The notes under the pieces: model-generated | The model's database searches: none | What the model saw: the letters and a program-made list of their open reading frames with translations, nothing else | What the model was told of the DNA's origin: nothing | Program-made: the position numbers and the translations under genes | Part shown: positions 45,422 to 46,140 of the stretch, piece after piece | How the letters are laid out: each line of letters opens with the position of its first letter | Position numbering within the stretch: the first letter of the stretch is position 1 | From: Clostridia bacterium | GTDB lineage: Bacteria; Bacillota; Sulfobacillia; RBS10-35; JAJYVM01 | Assembly (NCBI GenBank): GCA_027314765.1 | Contig: DAHVAF010000263.1 | Span: 1 to 46,140 of the forward strand | Direction of reading: 5' to 3' | DNA length: 46,140 nucleotides

Positions 45422-46140
45422 TCACCCGCCCGCCGGCAGAGCCGTGGCCCCGGCGGCCCCGAGGGCGCGAGCTGCGCGCACAAGCTCGGCGTTCGCCCCG
45501 ACGGCACTGCCATGGGGGTCGCACATCGTGTCCTCGAACCCGATCCGGGTCCCCAGCCCGCGTGCCGCCGCATCGGCGAGGGCCGGCCAGGCGAGTCGAC
45601 CCTCGCCGTGCTGAAGGCGCGGGACCCTCACGCCGCCGCGGTCGAGGATGGCGTGGATCTCGGCCGCCATGGCGAGCGCCGGCTGCGCTGTCTCACCGGC
45701 CACCTCGGGGATCAGCTCGACGAGCACCCGCGTGACGGCGTCCGCAACGCCGGATTCGACCAGGGCCGTCGCGTCGGCGGGCGTCCAGATCCCCGCCTCC
45801 ACCCCGATCCCCGCCTCCAGCAGGACGCGCACCACTGCCAGCGCCCCGTCCTCCCGCAGGTTGACCGACGCGTAGTCGGGGGCGTGCCACGCCCGCAGCC
45901 GCTCCAGTCGCCGCCGGACGTCGGGCTCGATCCACGCCGCCGTCGACACGCCCACCGGCACGCCGCATGCCGCCCTGACGTGCGCCACCACCGCGTTGAC
46001 CACGTCCGCGGCGATGCATTCCCGTCCGTCCGGCCCGCGCGGGTGCAGGTGGATGAGGCCGGCGCCGGCCGCGACACAGTCGGCGGCGTCACGGGCGAGC
46101 TCGTCCATCGTGACCGGTACGGACCGGTGCGCCGCCTTCG
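45422..46140 (-). CDS. 3-keto-5-aminohexanoate cleavage enzyme family (BKACE/DUF849), 5' end outside window
   Basis: Contains VPVTMDELARDAADCVAAGAGLIHLHPR...ASVNL...RIGFEDT, typical of BKACE. The frame stays open upstream of the listed ATG (46108) to the window edge. Confidence 0.8.
   Translation of the reverse strand, partial: KAAHRSVPVTMDELARDAADCVAAGAGLIHLHPRGPDGRECIAADVVNAVVAHVRAACGVPVGVSTAAWIEPDVRRRLERLRAWHAPDYASVNLREDGALAVVRVLLEAGIGVEAGIWTPADATALVESGVADAVTRVLVELIPEVAGETAQPALAMAAEIHAILDRGGVRVPRLQHGEGRLAWPALADAAARGLGTRIGFEDTMCDPHGSAVGANAELVRAARALGAAGATALPAGG

Overview
This window is very GC-rich (about 70% by eye) and densely coding. Its gene content suggests a high-GC Firmicutes-like lineage such as Symbiobacterium, Thermaerobacter or Limnochordia; that placement is inference only. 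From 1.5 to 14.5 kb there is a complete, translationally coupled 14-gene NADH:quinone oxidoreductase operon (nuoA-N). It is followed by tig-clpP-clpX and a textbook intrinsic terminator. From 18.2 to 37.1 kb lies an accessory-looking block. It holds a Phd/YefM-PIN (VapBC) toxin-antitoxin pair abutting a decayed M20 peptidase gene, an AiiA-like metallo-beta-lactamase lactonase, a DUF990-type ABC-2 transporter, a YtcJ-like amidohydrolase, a sigma-70 family factor, an MFS transporter, an M19 dipeptidase homologue, an iron-type ABC importer, and an ABC-F / ABC-2 exporter / GNAT / DUF202 operon. After that come lonB carrying a long repeat-containing tail, an ATP-grasp (Ddl-like)-GNAT-alpha/beta-hydrolase operon, nfeD-SPFH-HIT, and a partial BKACE (DUF849) gene. 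I recognised no rRNA, tRNA, transposase, integrase or genuine CRISPR array. I found no clearly novel multi-gene system. The items most worth a second look are the interrupted tig-clpPX/lonB synteny, the TA-associated pseudogene, a CRISPR-repeat-like tandem palindromic element at 23.14 kb, in-frame tandem repeats in nuoB and lonB, and two tightly coupled accessory operons of unknown function. Most long minus-strand ORFs in the track are GC-driven antisense artefacts.
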